A stretch of DNA of 64,000 nt from Patescibacteria group bacterium (GCA_018971305.1 JAGXBC010000002.1:16046-80045); one strand, 5' to 3'; numbered from the stretch's first letter, positions 47,026 through 57,374 are shown. The notes: generated from the letters alone by a model not told the origin. Program-made: numbers and translations.

Positions 47026-48475
47026 ACTTTAATTCTTTAAATAGCGGTTCCTTTAGCGCGAGAAGAGCGAGGAAGTAGATCGCGGCTCCGATGATGATGT
47101 CTATAATCACGTTAAGCTGGAGATTTTTTATCACAATAATGGCGCAAGACATAATAGCCGCGGCAATAATTATCTTTTTAAGATGGCGGACAATTTGAAA
47201 ATAATCTATTTTTTTGGCTGCATATCTTACGTAGATATTGCTTATAAGTTGTGCGAGGAAAGTTGCCACAGCAGAACCATTTATGCCGAACCTTGGTATT
47301 AAGATCAGGTCAAAGATTACATTGCACGCGCCTCCGATCGCCGCATAAATAGTTATATTTTTCTGTCTGTTGTTCGCAAAGATAAACAAAGTAATTATAG
47401 TTATGGGGAAATCTATCAGGATTGTGGCCATTAGCATTTGGAAGGAAAATGTTCCGCCAAGATAAGGAGATCCGAATACGAACCCTATTATTTTTGTGCC
47501 CAACAGAATCCCGCCGAGCGCGGTGGGGATAGCGACTAGGTACATAATTCCAAGAGCTCTTTCTAAGACATCTCTCTTTCTCCGCTTGTCGTTTGAGGCC
47601 GCGAGCCTAGAAAAAATGGGAAGTAAGCTCCAGGCTAGAGTAGCGGGGATTAAGTAGAGAAGCTGCACTATTCTTTGCGCCGCGGAATAAAGTCCGACAT
47701 CTTGGGTGGAGCGTAGCCAGCCTATAATTAATATGTCCGTGCTAATCATAAGCGAACCCAAAACTCCGGATAGGGCCATCGGCCAGCCTATGGCAAGAAT
47801 ATGTTTTACCCATTTAAAGTAAAAATTTTTGAATAATCCAGATAAATAATCTTTCAAAATAACAACAGAAGCCAACATGCCCACCCCGGTTCCTGCTGCA
47901 TAGGCATATGTAAGCGCAGTCACCGTTTTCGATGTATAAAGAGCTATGAATCCGAATATGACGATGGCAATATTTGTGAGAAAATAAAGACCGGCTTCCC
48001 ACTCCATTTTTTCCAACGATCTCGCAATCGCATTACCCAATTCTCTGAAGGTGTCAAAGATTACTATAAACACGACTATAGGCAATATGGCTTTTATTCC
48101 CGGTTCAGAAGTAAAATGCGGCGCCAAAAACAATATCAGTACCGCGCTTAAAATAACCAGAAGCAGTTTAAGCACGAACGACGTGGAGACTATTTGCTTT
48201 TGAACCATCGGTTCGCTCTTCAGGCGATTCGTTTCCCGGACGATGATCGGATTTATTCCTACGTCCGTAAATGAGGTGACAAACGCCGCCAGGGCCAGGG
48301 CATAGGAAAAAACACCCCATTCGGCTGCACCCAAGACGCGCGCAGAATAAATTATAATAGCTGACCTGATTAATCTCCCACCGATATTACTGAGGCCGAG
48401 CCAAAATGTGTTTTTGGCTATAGTCTGGCGGGTGGTTTGGTTTTGGAACAGCAACCCCTTTATTTTTTTGAACAT
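46967..48475 (-). CDS. wzx: Wzx-type oligosaccharide flippase (MOP/polysaccharide biosynthesis protein family)
   Basis: 502 aa, about 12–14 TM helices, N-terminal TIAKNTFWLGLSNIGGRLIRSAIIIYSARVLG pattern of the PST family. Confidence 0.75.
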   Translation of the reverse strand: MFKKIKGLLFQNQTTRQTIAKNTFWLGLSNIGGRLIRSAIIIYSARVLGAAEWGVFSYALALAAFVTSFTDVGINPIIVRETNRLKSEPMVQKQIVSTSFVLKLLLVILSAVLILFLAPHFTSEPGIKAILPIVVFIVIFDTFRELGNAIARSLEKMEWEAGLYFLTNIAIVIFGFIALYTSKTVTALTYAYAAGTGVGMLASVVILKDYLSGLFKNFYFKWVKHILAIGWPMALSGVLGSLMISTDILIIGWLRSTQDVGLYSAAQRIVQLLYLIPATLAWSLLPIFSRLAASNDKRRKRDVLERALGIMYLVAIPTALGGILLGTKIIGFVFGSPYLGGTFSFQMLMATILIDFPITIITLFIFANNRQKNITIYAAIGGACNVIFDLILIPRFGINGSAVATFLAQLISNIYVRYAAKKIDYFQIVRHLKKIIIAAAIMSCAIIVIKNLQLNVIIDIIIGAAIYFLALLALKEPLFKELKFILRPAASASPESNGPSSV

Positions 48476-48559
48476 TGATGTATTATACTTACGATATAGA
48501 GATTAAATTTCACTTCACTGCCAAGTATAACTTAACATTTTTTCTGCGATATCTCCATT

Positions 48560-49057
48560 ATGCCTGCGAAAAAAAAGATAACTAAAAAAAAGAAAGTTGT
48601 TGCCGTAAGCGGGGGATTTGATCCGCTGCACATCGGTCATGTGCGTCTGTTCCAGACAGCAAAAAAACTCGGGGATGAACTAGTGGTTATTCTTAACAAC
48701 GATAATTGGCTGAAGAAGAAAAAGGGTTATGCCTTCATGCACGAAGAGGAACGCCGGGAAGTGATTGAGGCGATAAAAGGCGTTGACCGGGTTTTGCTGA
48801 CACGTCATGGGGTGAATCCGAAAGATATGAGCGTTTCCCGGGAACTCCGTAGATTAAAACCGCATATTTTCGCTAACGGCGGAGATAGAAATAAAGCCGA
48901 TGCGGCGAATCCCAGATCCCCCCTTTATAAAGACATAAACACTTGTAAAGATTTGGGAATCGAAATGATCTTCAGTATCGGCCACGGCGGCAAGATACAA
49001 TCCAGTTCCTGGCTTATTGCCAAGTACGAGAAGGTTTTGGATAAGAAGCGGAAATAA
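48560..49057 (+). CDS. Cytidylyltransferase-like small nucleotidyltransferase (TagD/HldE-II family)
   Basis: 165 aa; VAVSGGFDPLHIGHVRLF H-x-G-H motif. Confidence 0.65.
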   Translation: MPAKKKITKKKKVVAVSGGFDPLHIGHVRLFQTAKKLGDELVVILNNDNWLKKKKGYAFMHEEERREVIEAIKGVDRVLLTRHGVNPKDMSVSRELRRLKPHIFANGGDRNKADAANPRSPLYKDINTCKDLGIEMIFSIGHGGKIQSSSWLIAKYEKVLDKKRK

Positions 49058-49146
49058 AATTTACCGGTCCCAGATTAGAATCTACATACCCCTCAGCGTG
49101 CGAGTTAATGAGTTCAGCCTGGTTACGATTATTTTCATTAATTATA

Positions 49147-50505
49147 TTATTCCGGAGTTACGAATAAGGTCTTAATGGTCTTAAGTATGATGGCTAAGTC
49201 CAAAATCGGCGACCGATTCTTAATATAATAGATGTCGTATTGTAATTTCTCCACGACATCGTCTTCGGAGAGATCGGCGCGGTGATGAATTTGCGCCCAG
49301 CCCGTTACGCCCGGTTTTACCAAGTGGCGGATTTCGTAGTAGGGAATTTTCTCCTCCAAAACCTTCACGAATTCCGGGCGCTCCGGCCTTGGTCCGACAA
49401 AAGACAGATTGCCCTTAATGATATTCCAGAGTTGAGGCAGCTCGTCGAGGTGTGTGTGACGCAGAAATTTGCCGAATGCCGTAGTTCGAGAATCGCCTTG
49501 TTTTGCCCATTCGGCCCCCTTTGTTTCCGCCGAACCGTCTGCGGCAAGAGCATGCATCGTTCGGAATTTATAAAAGGTAAAGCCGCGGCCGTGTCTACCA
49601 ACTCTCTGTTGTTTATAAATAACGGGCCCGGGAGATGAAAGTTTTGTGACGATCGCGAATAATAGCAGTAGGGGAGAAAGGATTATAGCTAATATAATAG
49701 CGGCCAGGAATTCCCAGGCGCCTTTTAATTGGTCGTAGAATTTTTGATGATCTGCCAAATTTTCTATGAACCATGACTCTTCCAAGTCCGCTAAAGGTAT
49801 TTTTCTCGCTACTAATTCGTAGAAATTGGGCAGGTCCTTTATTTCCACGCCGTCATTTAAGAAATCATAGAACAGTTTTGTCAGTTTAGGATTGTTCTTT
49901 AGCTTGCGCGATATCACGAGCAGATTTACCTTTCCTGATGCCACGGCCTCGCTTAATTTTTTCGGATTATTTGCGATGTCGTTTCCGTCGAAAGAAGAAA
50001 CTATTTCGTATCCCAGGTTGCTCATCCATTCACGGTCAAGGCGATCGGTGGTTTTTATATTCTCGGAATCGTTACCGTTAATGACTATAACCTTGTTGGG
50101 AGCTTCTTTGGTTGACATAGTCTTGTTGAATTCTCGTCTCCATAAAATCTCTGCGATAGCGAAGACCATAAGGAATAAGAACAGATTGGTCTTCGGCGTG
50201 ATGCCGAAGATGGGTATCAGGTAGAAAAATAATACAGCAACGCCCGCGCTCACAGAGAGCGTCAGCCAGAATATCTTTATGAATTCCAGGTTGTTGCGCA
50301 GGCGCCTCAAGTCGTAAAGGCCGGCAATATAAAATATCACTAACCAGGTGGCGAAAATTATCGTGAATGGGTACAGATGCGCTCCTATCTGTTTATAAAA
50401 TCCCGATTGGTAACGCAGAATAAGGGCCGAGAGAAGCGATAGATAGAGCGTTAAGATATCGCCCAAGACGAGAATGGCGACCCTGATTTTATTTAATAGG
50501 TTCAT
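49147..50505 (-). CDS. Undecaprenyl-phosphate sugar phosphotransferase (WbaP/WcaJ-type initiating phosphoglycosyltransferase)
   Basis: 452 aa; N-terminal TM helices + central linker + C-terminal bacterial sugar transferase domain with PGPVIYKQQRVGRHGRGFTFYKFRTM...ELPQLWN...GNLSFVGPRPERPEF. Confidence 0.85.
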   Translation of the reverse strand: MNLLNKIRVAILVLGDILTLYLSLLSALILRYQSGFYKQIGAHLYPFTIIFATWLVIFYIAGLYDLRRLRNNLEFIKIFWLTLSVSAGVAVLFFYLIPIFGITPKTNLFLFLMVFAIAEILWRREFNKTMSTKEAPNKVIVINGNDSENIKTTDRLDREWMSNLGYEIVSSFDGNDIANNPKKLSEAVASGKVNLLVISRKLKNNPKLTKLFYDFLNDGVEIKDLPNFYELVARKIPLADLEESWFIENLADHQKFYDQLKGAWEFLAAIILAIILSPLLLLFAIVTKLSSPGPVIYKQQRVGRHGRGFTFYKFRTMHALAADGSAETKGAEWAKQGDSRTTAFGKFLRHTHLDELPQLWNIIKGNLSFVGPRPERPEFVKVLEEKIPYYEIRHLVKPGVTGWAQIHHRADLSEDDVVEKLQYDIYYIKNRSPILDLAIILKTIKTLFVTPE

Positions 50506-51416
50506 TTTTCTTTATTTTCTATTAAAGAGATTACGGCTCCTGATTTGATTATTAGTTTGTACCCTGCATATCCTATACCGAAAATGATTGTAAAAACAAT
50601 CGATAGAACTATTATTGCCATTACGATCTCCTTTCGCTTGTTTATTGGTTTATATTCTTTAAAGTTCTGCGATGGCGTATCCCGTATATCTATAGATGTT
50701 TTACTGAGTGGCTCTTTGAATAAAATCATAGAAAAATAATTCAAACTATAACGGGCAGCCATAGTGAAAAATCCCTCCTTGGCCAGCCTCCTTCCCGATG
50801 CGTAGATGGGTAGTCTGTAGGTGAATTTGACCCTTCCTACTTTGCCTATTCTTTGCGCTATGTCCGTGTCCTCGCCATAAAAATTTATTTCCGTATTATA
50901 GCCACCTATCTTTACCAGAGCGTCTTTTCTTAAAATAAAGTTTCCGCCCTGTAACATCGTGCCTCTGCGGAAGATTATATGATTTATAAAATTAGTTAAA
51001 AGCCCCAGGGGATAGAATATGACTCGGGCGAAAATATCCACACTCTTCGGCAGGTCATAATAAATGAATGGACCAGAGAGGGCTACAAGTTTTGGATTTT
51101 TGGAAAATTCATATATAACTTTTTTGACCCAGTTTTTCGTAAGAACCGTGTCGGCATCAACGTTGGCAATAAGATCTCCGTTCGCAGCCAAAAAACCTGC
51201 TCTTCGGGCCCGCACCAGGCCTTTGTTTGGTTCGTAGACAACTTTTACGCCCGGATATTTTTCGGCAGCCAATCTCGTGCCATCTGTGCTCGCATTATCA
51301 ACGACGATAATCTCGGCATCATAGTCAGAATCCCTGAGCTCCTTTAAAATAGAATCCAGGCATCGCCCCACATATTTTTCCTCATTGTAAGCGGGAATAA
51401 CAAAGCTCAGCTTCAT
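50502..51416 (-). CDS. Glycosyltransferase family 2 with a C-terminal TM anchor
   Basis: 304 aa; LSFVIPAYNEEKYV...IVVDNASTDGT...VDAD; C-terminal hydrophobic helix IVMAIIVLSIVFTIIFGIGYAGY. Confidence 0.75.
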   Translation of the reverse strand: MKLSFVIPAYNEEKYVGRCLDSILKELRDSDYDAEIIVVDNASTDGTRLAAEKYPGVKVVYEPNKGLVRARRAGFLAANGDLIANVDADTVLTKNWVKKVIYEFSKNPKLVALSGPFIYYDLPKSVDIFARVIFYPLGLLTNFINHIIFRRGTMLQGGNFILRKDALVKIGGYNTEINFYGEDTDIAQRIGKVGRVKFTYRLPIYASGRRLAKEGFFTMAARYSLNYFSMILFKEPLSKTSIDIRDTPSQNFKEYKPINKRKEIVMAIIVLSIVFTIIFGIGYAGYKLIIKSGAVISLIENKEK

Positions 51417-51524
51417 TTTTATTCATTATATCCGTCTGCGGATTTTTAGTAAAATTTTTGCCTAGACAGCAAGGTCAACGCATAACCCAATTATTGTGGG
51501 TAGTTTTAATGATAGTTGGGCAAC

Positions 51525-52343
51525 CTAGATTTTTTTTGTAAGATTTCCTATGAAATTTTCAATGGCGTCAGCTACCTCCTTAACATTGTTTAATACAATA
51601 ATATGATTGGCATTGTCGAGAATGACGAGCTTTGAATTTTTTATTATACCTGCTAGACCCAAGGCATTTTTTATCGGGACAATAGTGTCTTTTTTACCGT
51701 GTATAATTAATGTTGGTATGCTGATTTTGCTCCAATATTCTTCGTGGCTGAAATTATAAATATGTTTTAAGCAGTATAAATAGGTGCGCAATCCGGTATT
51801 TGGAATATCCGCTGCCATTCTGCGTAAGTTCCAGTCCCCGGTATTAGGATATTTAGAATAATCAACGTGCCACCCGATTTTTGCAGTGCAAGGAAATATT
51901 TTGGAAATATTAACGCACCAACCGATAAGGAATTTAATGGCGTGTGCCAGCCAGATGGTCTTTATCCCGAAGTTCGGACTCAGAAAAATTGTCGCCGCCA
52001 CCTCCTTTTCGTATTTATATAATAATTCAAGCGTGACAAGCGTGCCGAACGAATGACTTATTATAATATATTTTTTTAATTTTAAAAAACCTAGAATATC
52101 ATGGACGTCTTCCGCAAAAAGACCTATTTCATAATCTTCGTAGCGACAAGGTTTTGCGGATTTACCATGACCACGAAGATCAATAGTTAGAAGATTGTAT
52201 TTATTCTCAAAAATATTTTCATATGCTATCCATGCAGACGAACTTCCGGTTAAACCATGTATAAAAACCAATGTAGGTCTATGCGGCAGAAACCCATTGG
52301 TCCTATAATAGACACCGTTCTTACGAAGAATAAACTCATCCAT
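51525..52343 (-). CDS. Alpha/beta-hydrolase fold protein
   Basis: 272 aa; LVFIHGLTGSSSAW, DLRGHGKS, nucleophile elbow ISHSFG. Confidence 0.7.
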   Translation of the reverse strand: MDEFILRKNGVYYRTNGFLPHRPTLVFIHGLTGSSSAWIAYENIFENKYNLLTIDLRGHGKSAKPCRYEDYEIGLFAEDVHDILGFLKLKKYIIISHSFGTLVTLELLYKYEKEVAATIFLSPNFGIKTIWLAHAIKFLIGWCVNISKIFPCTAKIGWHVDYSKYPNTGDWNLRRMAADIPNTGLRTYLYCLKHIYNFSHEEYWSKISIPTLIIHGKKDTIVPIKNALGLAGIIKNSKLVILDNANHIIVLNNVKEVADAIENFIGNLTKKI

Positions 52344-52367
52344 ATTTTTATTTATGATATCGGTGCG

Positions 52368-53561
52368 CTAAAAACCGGATTTTTTATACCCTTTAATAGC
52401 CCGTTCATAAATTTGCTCCCATTCCTTGGCTATTTCCGGAGCGGAAAATTTGTTGGCGAATATGCGCGCTCCTGCGCCGAATCTTTTTCTTTTATCTGAA
52501 TTGGATAAAAGGGAAATAATGTTTTTAGCCAACGCTTTTTCGTCCCCTGGTTCTATTAAGATGCCATTTTTGGAATTTATATATTCCGGTAAGGCGCGGG
52601 CTTTGACTCCTATAATCGGCAGGCCACAAGCCATGGCTTGCATCATTACCATGCTTTGCGTGTCGGAAGTACTGGTAATTACAAAAATTTTTGCGGCGTT
52701 ATAGACCTCTGCCAGCGCAGGTTTTTCCAAGAATCCCAGAAACTTAACATTGTCTTCAACGTTAAGGGATTTTGCGAGGGATCGCAGATCTTTTTCGCCG
52801 ACTCCTTTCCCGGCGATGACCAGTTCCACCGAAGGGATTTTTCTTTTTATCAAAGGCAGGGCTTTTATGATAACGTCAATATTTCTTTCCGGAGATAATC
52901 TGCCGGCATGGACGATAGTATTTTCCGAAAAACCAAATTTTTTTCTCAGCCAATTTTTATCGGCGAGCGGTTGAAAAGTAACGGTGTCTATCGGATTAGA
53001 AATTACATGGCATTCTCCGCGAAAGCCGAAATGTTCCATTTCCTCTATCACTGAGCGCGATGGAGCGGTAGTAAGGAGGCAGTGGGAGTAATACCAGTTG
53101 ACATATCTGATAATCAAATCATCCAGCCATTCATGGTGCAGGGGAGCGTAGCGGAGGAATTCTTTGATGGCCGTATGATTCGTGCCGATGAAAGGTTTTC
53201 CTAATAATTTTGCCGCCAAGAGGCCTTCTATGCCTACACCGAAGAACAGTTGGCTGTGTATTATGTCGGGATTAAATTTCTTAACCTTGAAGTAACTCAG
53301 GCCGGTTGGGATGACCGCCCTTCCCTGGCCGGTTCCTGCGCCGAAATACAGCGACGGGAATCTGGTTATAGTAATGTTAGCTCCCAGGTCAATTTCTCCC
53401 GGCTCCAAGCCGGCTACGCGGTAGTTTTTGGGGGAGTAGCGCGGCACGTAGAAGTTAATAAAATGCCCGCGCTTAGCGAGTTCATTGGACAGACCTATTA
53501 TTGAATCCGATATGCCCGATAGTTCGGGATAAAAATTGTCGGAGAAGATGGCGATTTTCAT
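52368..53561 (-). CDS. Glycosyltransferase family 4 (GT-B)
   Basis: MKIAIFSDNFYPELSGISD... start preferred (alternatives at 53597 and 53618); C-terminal EGLLAAKLLGKPFIGTNH...E-x7-E region of the GT4 fold. Confidence 0.75.
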   Translation of the reverse strand: MKIAIFSDNFYPELSGISDSIIGLSNELAKRGHFINFYVPRYSPKNYRVAGLEPGEIDLGANITITRFPSLYFGAGTGQGRAVIPTGLSYFKVKKFNPDIIHSQLFFGVGIEGLLAAKLLGKPFIGTNHTAIKEFLRYAPLHHEWLDDLIIRYVNWYYSHCLLTTAPSRSVIEEMEHFGFRGECHVISNPIDTVTFQPLADKNWLRKKFGFSENTIVHAGRLSPERNIDVIIKALPLIKRKIPSVELVIAGKGVGEKDLRSLAKSLNVEDNVKFLGFLEKPALAEVYNAAKIFVITSTSDTQSMVMMQAMACGLPIIGVKARALPEYINSKNGILIEPGDEKALAKNIISLLSNSDKRKRFGAGARIFANKFSAPEIAKEWEQIYERAIKGYKKSGF

Positions 53562-53599
53562 TAATTTAATAGTATAATGAAAGATAAATAACTTCATCC

Positions 53600-54781
53600 A
53601 TGGTCGAAAAATTTCCAAAGTCGGCAGAAAACAATATGGAGTTTCGGGGGACAGTTAGCGATAATTCCGAGAAGGAAAGTGGAGTAGTCGCGGCAGATAA
53701 AGGCATTGTCAATAAAATAAGAAACGCTATAAATAGCAAGGTTATGGAATCGCGGAAGCCATCTCCTTACGAGACTACGGTTGGTATTTATGGCGGAAAA
53801 TTGGATAAAGATAAAGATGGGCGATTGGTATACGATACTAGGGGTCTTTGGTCGCGGATTGATCAATTGGGTGATAGGGTTCTTAGGTCTTTCGACGAAC
53901 ATCATGCGAAAAATCCTATAAAGATGGCCCTGCGCAACCCGAAAGAATTTTTAAAACTTCTACCGCTTATAGTAGATTCCAAACGCTATCGCGGAACTCC
54001 CGAGCAGACTATGGACAACGTCAAGCGCTTCGGTTTAGAGGAATATTACGGTCCGCACGAATGGGGGATAGAGATAAAAGACCAAGAGGTATTCAAAAAT
54101 GCTATCGGCTTGCAGGACATTTTCCGGCAAGACAAAATAGATTCTCCTGTTCTGAATGGCATCGACCGCTTCGAGTCTACTGGGAGAGCGGTTGATTATA
54201 TGCGTGAGTTACATGAAAAAGCCGGTGGTATCGCCGAAGGGAACGCCTATATGTTTTTATTTACCGAAAAAGAGGGTAATAAGGTTGACAAGCCGATTTT
54301 GATGATACCGACGGAGGTATATAATTCGAAGAAAAATATCTCCGAGGTAGAGAAAAAAGCAACGGACTTCCTCGATTTTTTGGCGAGCGTAGGGTTTGAA
54401 GAATATAGGCGTTCTAATGATTGGGAAAGCGTGAGGAAGGTGCTTGATTTGGCTCTTGACCACTATGGTGACAAAAAAATTATTTCCATTGTTGCTTCTT
54501 ATGTGCGGCGCGGGCGGCTTACCCTGGCGAACGATATAGCTTTCAGGGATGGCTTTGGATTTGATGCAAGCGAGAAAACAGCCGAAGTTGGTAACAACGC
54601 AATCACTAAAAAACCGGCCAGCACCTCGCGAACTTATCGACTTAGCCATCAGGTTTTTTCCGCCCACAATACACAGCGTTTGACAGCCGATCCGCGGATA
54701 ACAACAGAGTTAAGGAATGTAGTTGTGGATCGTTGTAATAATTACGTTAGGTCTATGAGTGGCGAAGAAATTAGTGGATAG
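53600..54781 (+). CDS. Hypothetical soluble protein (393 aa), no recognisable domain
   Basis: Long ORF with coding-like composition; alternative start at 53636 (MEFRG...). Divergent from the GT4 gene. Confidence 0.45.
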   Translation: MVEKFPKSAENNMEFRGTVSDNSEKESGVVAADKGIVNKIRNAINSKVMESRKPSPYETTVGIYGGKLDKDKDGRLVYDTRGLWSRIDQLGDRVLRSFDEHHAKNPIKMALRNPKEFLKLLPLIVDSKRYRGTPEQTMDNVKRFGLEEYYGPHEWGIEIKDQEVFKNAIGLQDIFRQDKIDSPVLNGIDRFESTGRAVDYMRELHEKAGGIAEGNAYMFLFTEKEGNKVDKPILMIPTEVYNSKKNISEVEKKATDFLDFLASVGFEEYRRSNDWESVRKVLDLALDHYGDKKIISIVASYVRRGRLTLANDIAFRDGFGFDASEKTAEVGNNAITKKPASTSRTYRLSHQVFSAHNTQRLTADPRITTELRNVVVDRCNNYVRSMSGEEISG

Positions 54782-54787
54782 CGATTT

Positions 54788-55405
54788 TCAATCCTGGTTG
54801 CCACTATCTATTCTCTCAGCTAGTTTACTGCCATATTTTTTATGCAGATAAGAAATTATCACGAAAATTATGATAATGGCAATCGTGAAATAGCTGCCGT
54901 AATTAAGATAGCGGATAACTTTTTCGTAGGCGGCTCCGAAATAATATCCGAGTATCAGATAGAAACCGGAAGTTGGCAAAGTGATTGCCAAACTCCACCA
55001 GACATATTTTTTTAGCGGTACTTTTGATACTCCTGCGATTATCAGCCCTGGCGTCGCGAGCACTGGAACCAGTTTTACGAGCGTCAATGTTTTACCAACG
55101 TGTTCGAGATAAAGTTTTTCCAGCCGTTCCACCCTCTCCTTAGTAATGTGGAAATAATGCCCGTATTTGTTTATTAGTTCTTGCCTGCCCCAAAATCCGA
55201 TTGCGTAGTAGGCGATATCGGGAAGCAGGTTCCCAAGTATGGAGAGAAGCAATACTATCCAAATGTTGAAATAATTTCCTCCGAGAGCCGCGACAAAAGC
55301 TCCTGCCGCAGTTACCACCGGGCCCTCAATAAGCATCAAAAGGAACATAACCACGTAGCCGTGGGATATTGTCCAGGCAACCGTTTCGGCGAATACCGGA
55401 TTCAT
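54788..55405 (-). CDS. DedA/SNARE-associated (TVP38/TMEM64) family membrane protein
   Basis: 205 aa, 4–5 TM helices; motifs GPVVTAAGAFVAALGG and VPLKKYVWWSL typical of DedA. Confidence 0.7.
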   Translation of the reverse strand: MNPVFAETVAWTISHGYVVMFLLMLIEGPVVTAAGAFVAALGGNYFNIWIVLLLSILGNLLPDIAYYAIGFWGRQELINKYGHYFHITKERVERLEKLYLEHVGKTLTLVKLVPVLATPGLIIAGVSKVPLKKYVWWSLAITLPTSGFYLILGYYFGAAYEKVIRYLNYGSYFTIAIIIIFVIISYLHKKYGSKLAERIDSGNQD

Positions 55406-55552
55406 TTTTCAATTTTACCGCATTTACCGTTTCTCAACCATGCTAGGATGAATTATAATCGCTTCGCTTATGAATCCGATTTATTCGGGGGAAACAAATC
55501 TTTTGTTTGTTTTTCCCTCGCTGCCGGGTATAATTATGAGGTTAAAAATCAG

Positions 55553-56257
55553 ATGAAAAGTTTTTATTCTGAACATCGCGGTTTTTGGAGCAAGGAACAC
55601 AAGCGGTCATTTTATCTCGCTGTTTTATTAATTATTCTGAGCTTGATAATACAGGTCGGTGCCGGACGTTATTCGGCGCGGGTCGCGGCCCACGCTCCTT
55701 TCGTGGGCGATTTGTTTTTGGATAATCTACCCGTGGTCAATTTGGATTTTATTATCGTTCAGGGAGCGCTGATTTTTTGGATATTATCCTCATTGCTTTT
55801 ATCCACGAAGCCCCGGCGCCTTCTTTTCGGGATGAAGGCAATTGCGCTCTTTATAGTTTTCCGCGCTTTCTTTATTAGCCTGACGCACATCGGAATTTAT
55901 CCGGAAGAAGTTATACACGATGCGAACGATATAGGCTTCGGACTTTACAAGCTGGTGACATTCCAGGGCAATTTCTTTTTTTCCGGACACACCGGTTTCC
56001 CATTCCTTATGATGATGATTTTTTGGAACGACAAGTTCTGGCGCAGGATTTTTTTATCGGCTACGCTGATTCTCGCTGCCAGCGTGCTTTTAACCCACGT
56101 CCATTATTCAATAGATGTTTTCGCCGCGCCTTTTATCACGTACGGAATTTTCAAGATCACAGCCCGTCTTTTCCAGCAAGATTATTTATTATTGGATAGC
56201 CGGATCGGGCATGTTGACAAGGTTTCCGACAACGGTATAATTTACAGTAATGGATAA
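55553..56257 (+). CDS. PAP2-superfamily membrane protein with sphingomyelin-synthase-like (PAP2_C) motifs
   Basis: Motifs FFFSGHTG and HVHYSIDVFAAPFITYGIF resemble the D3 (C-G-D-x3-S-G-H-T) and D4 (H-Y-T-x-D-V...) boxes of SMS/PAP2_C proteins; several TM helices. The six-frame ORF starts at 55181 but would overlap dedA; internal Met at 55553 (or 55448) is preferred. Confidence 0.5.
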   Translation: MKSFYSEHRGFWSKEHKRSFYLAVLLIILSLIIQVGAGRYSARVAAHAPFVGDLFLDNLPVVNLDFIIVQGALIFWILSSLLLSTKPRRLLFGMKAIALFIVFRAFFISLTHIGIYPEEVIHDANDIGFGLYKLVTFQGNFFFSGHTGFPFLMMMIFWNDKFWRRIFLSATLILAASVLLTHVHYSIDVFAAPFITYGIFKITARLFQQDYLLLDSRIGHVDKVSDNGIIYSNG

Positions 56258-57053
56258 AAACGAACAACCGAAAAGAATTAACGAGGTGGACGTAAAAGAG
56301 CAGATTGAAATAAGAGAAAGGAGTTACAACTATAACAATTATATGCTGCCGGCTAGTATTTTAGTTGCCGGTCTTTTGGTTTCCGGTTCAATAATATATT
56401 TGGTTAAAAGCAATAATTCTGTCGGAAATGGTGCTGTCGCTCAGGCTCCTTCTCAAAATCAGGGGCAGCAAGCCAATGTCGGTTCAGCTGATTCTTTAAA
56501 GTTGACTTCTAACGATGTTGTCTTGGGAAGCCAGAGCGCGCCCGTAACTGTTGTTGAATACGGAGATTACCAGTGCCCATTCTGCGGAAAATTTTTCACG
56601 GACATTGAGCCGCAACTTAAAAAAGATTATATAGATACCGGCAAAGTAAAATTCGTTTTCAGGGACTTTATTGTGAATGACCGTACATCGCAGGATCACG
56701 AGTCTCATTGGTCCGCGGAAGCAGTTCAATGCGCAAAAGATCAGAACGAATTTTGGCAGTTTCATGACGCAATTTACAGTGCCGAAACGAAAGACGGTAT
56801 AGAAAATAACGGTAATCTCAATAGGGCGTTCTTTGTGCAAACCGCCACTAATTTAGGTATGAAGTTAAATCAATTTGAACAATGCTTTGATAGCGGAAAA
56901 TATGCCGCCGCCGTTCAGAAAGAATCGAACGATGTTGCCGCATCCGGTGTAAATGCTACTCCGACAAGCTTCGTGAATGGCCAGATGATTCAGGGCGCCG
57001 TTCCTTATATTCAATTTGCCGCGGCAATTAACAGCGCACTGAAGGGTAAATAA
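56250..57053 (+). CDS. DsbA-like thiol:disulfide oxidoreductase with an N-terminal membrane anchor
   Basis: 267 aa; TM helix (LPASILVAGLLVSGSIIYLV), CPFC active site, and FVNG near the C-terminus typical of DsbA-family folds. Confidence 0.75.
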   Translation: MDKNEQPKRINEVDVKEQIEIRERSYNYNNYMLPASILVAGLLVSGSIIYLVKSNNSVGNGAVAQAPSQNQGQQANVGSADSLKLTSNDVVLGSQSAPVTVVEYGDYQCPFCGKFFTDIEPQLKKDYIDTGKVKFVFRDFIVNDRTSQDHESHWSAEAVQCAKDQNEFWQFHDAIYSAETKDGIENNGNLNRAFFVQTATNLGMKLNQFEQCFDSGKYAAAVQKESNDVAASGVNATPTSFVNGQMIQGAVPYIQFAAAINSALKGK

Positions 57054-57166
57054 TCTTAAAAACCGATTATTCTTCAGTATCGGATTTATTTTTAGAGATA
57101 AAAACTCCAGGCCATATTTCGTTGGCGGGTTACATAAATAAAGGGCGAAAATAAAACAAAAATAAA

Positions 57167-57346
57167 ATGGACTACGACAATCAACCAAGGCCGGAGCACC
57201 GCAAAGGCGATGCCGATGGCTGTACCGGAGGATGGGTTTGTTCCAAATGCGGCAATGCTATTGAGATGTTGCGCTTCAAACCAGATCCGGCTAGAATGGA
57301 CAGATTAATGTGTGTCGATTGCTACAAGGCAAGCAGGACGAGATAA
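57167..57346 (+). CDS. Small zinc-ribbon protein (59 aa)
   Basis: Hand translation: MDYDNQPRPEHRKGDADGCTGGWVCSKCGNAIEMLRFKPDPARMDRLMCVDCYKASRTR*; C-x6-C-x2-C ... C-x2-C; followed by a strong terminator. Confidence 0.35.
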   Translation: MDYDNQPRPEHRKGDADGCTGGWVCSKCGNAIEMLRFKPDPARMDRLMCVDCYKASRTR

Positions 57347-57374
57347 AAGATTTTTAGAGAACGAAACAAAAATA

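Noticed and set aside
55181-55552. Upstream part of the PAP2-like ORF as given by the six-frame track
   Set aside because: It overlaps the convergent DedA gene on the other strand; an internal Met with a nearby GAGG gives a sensible non-overlapping gene.
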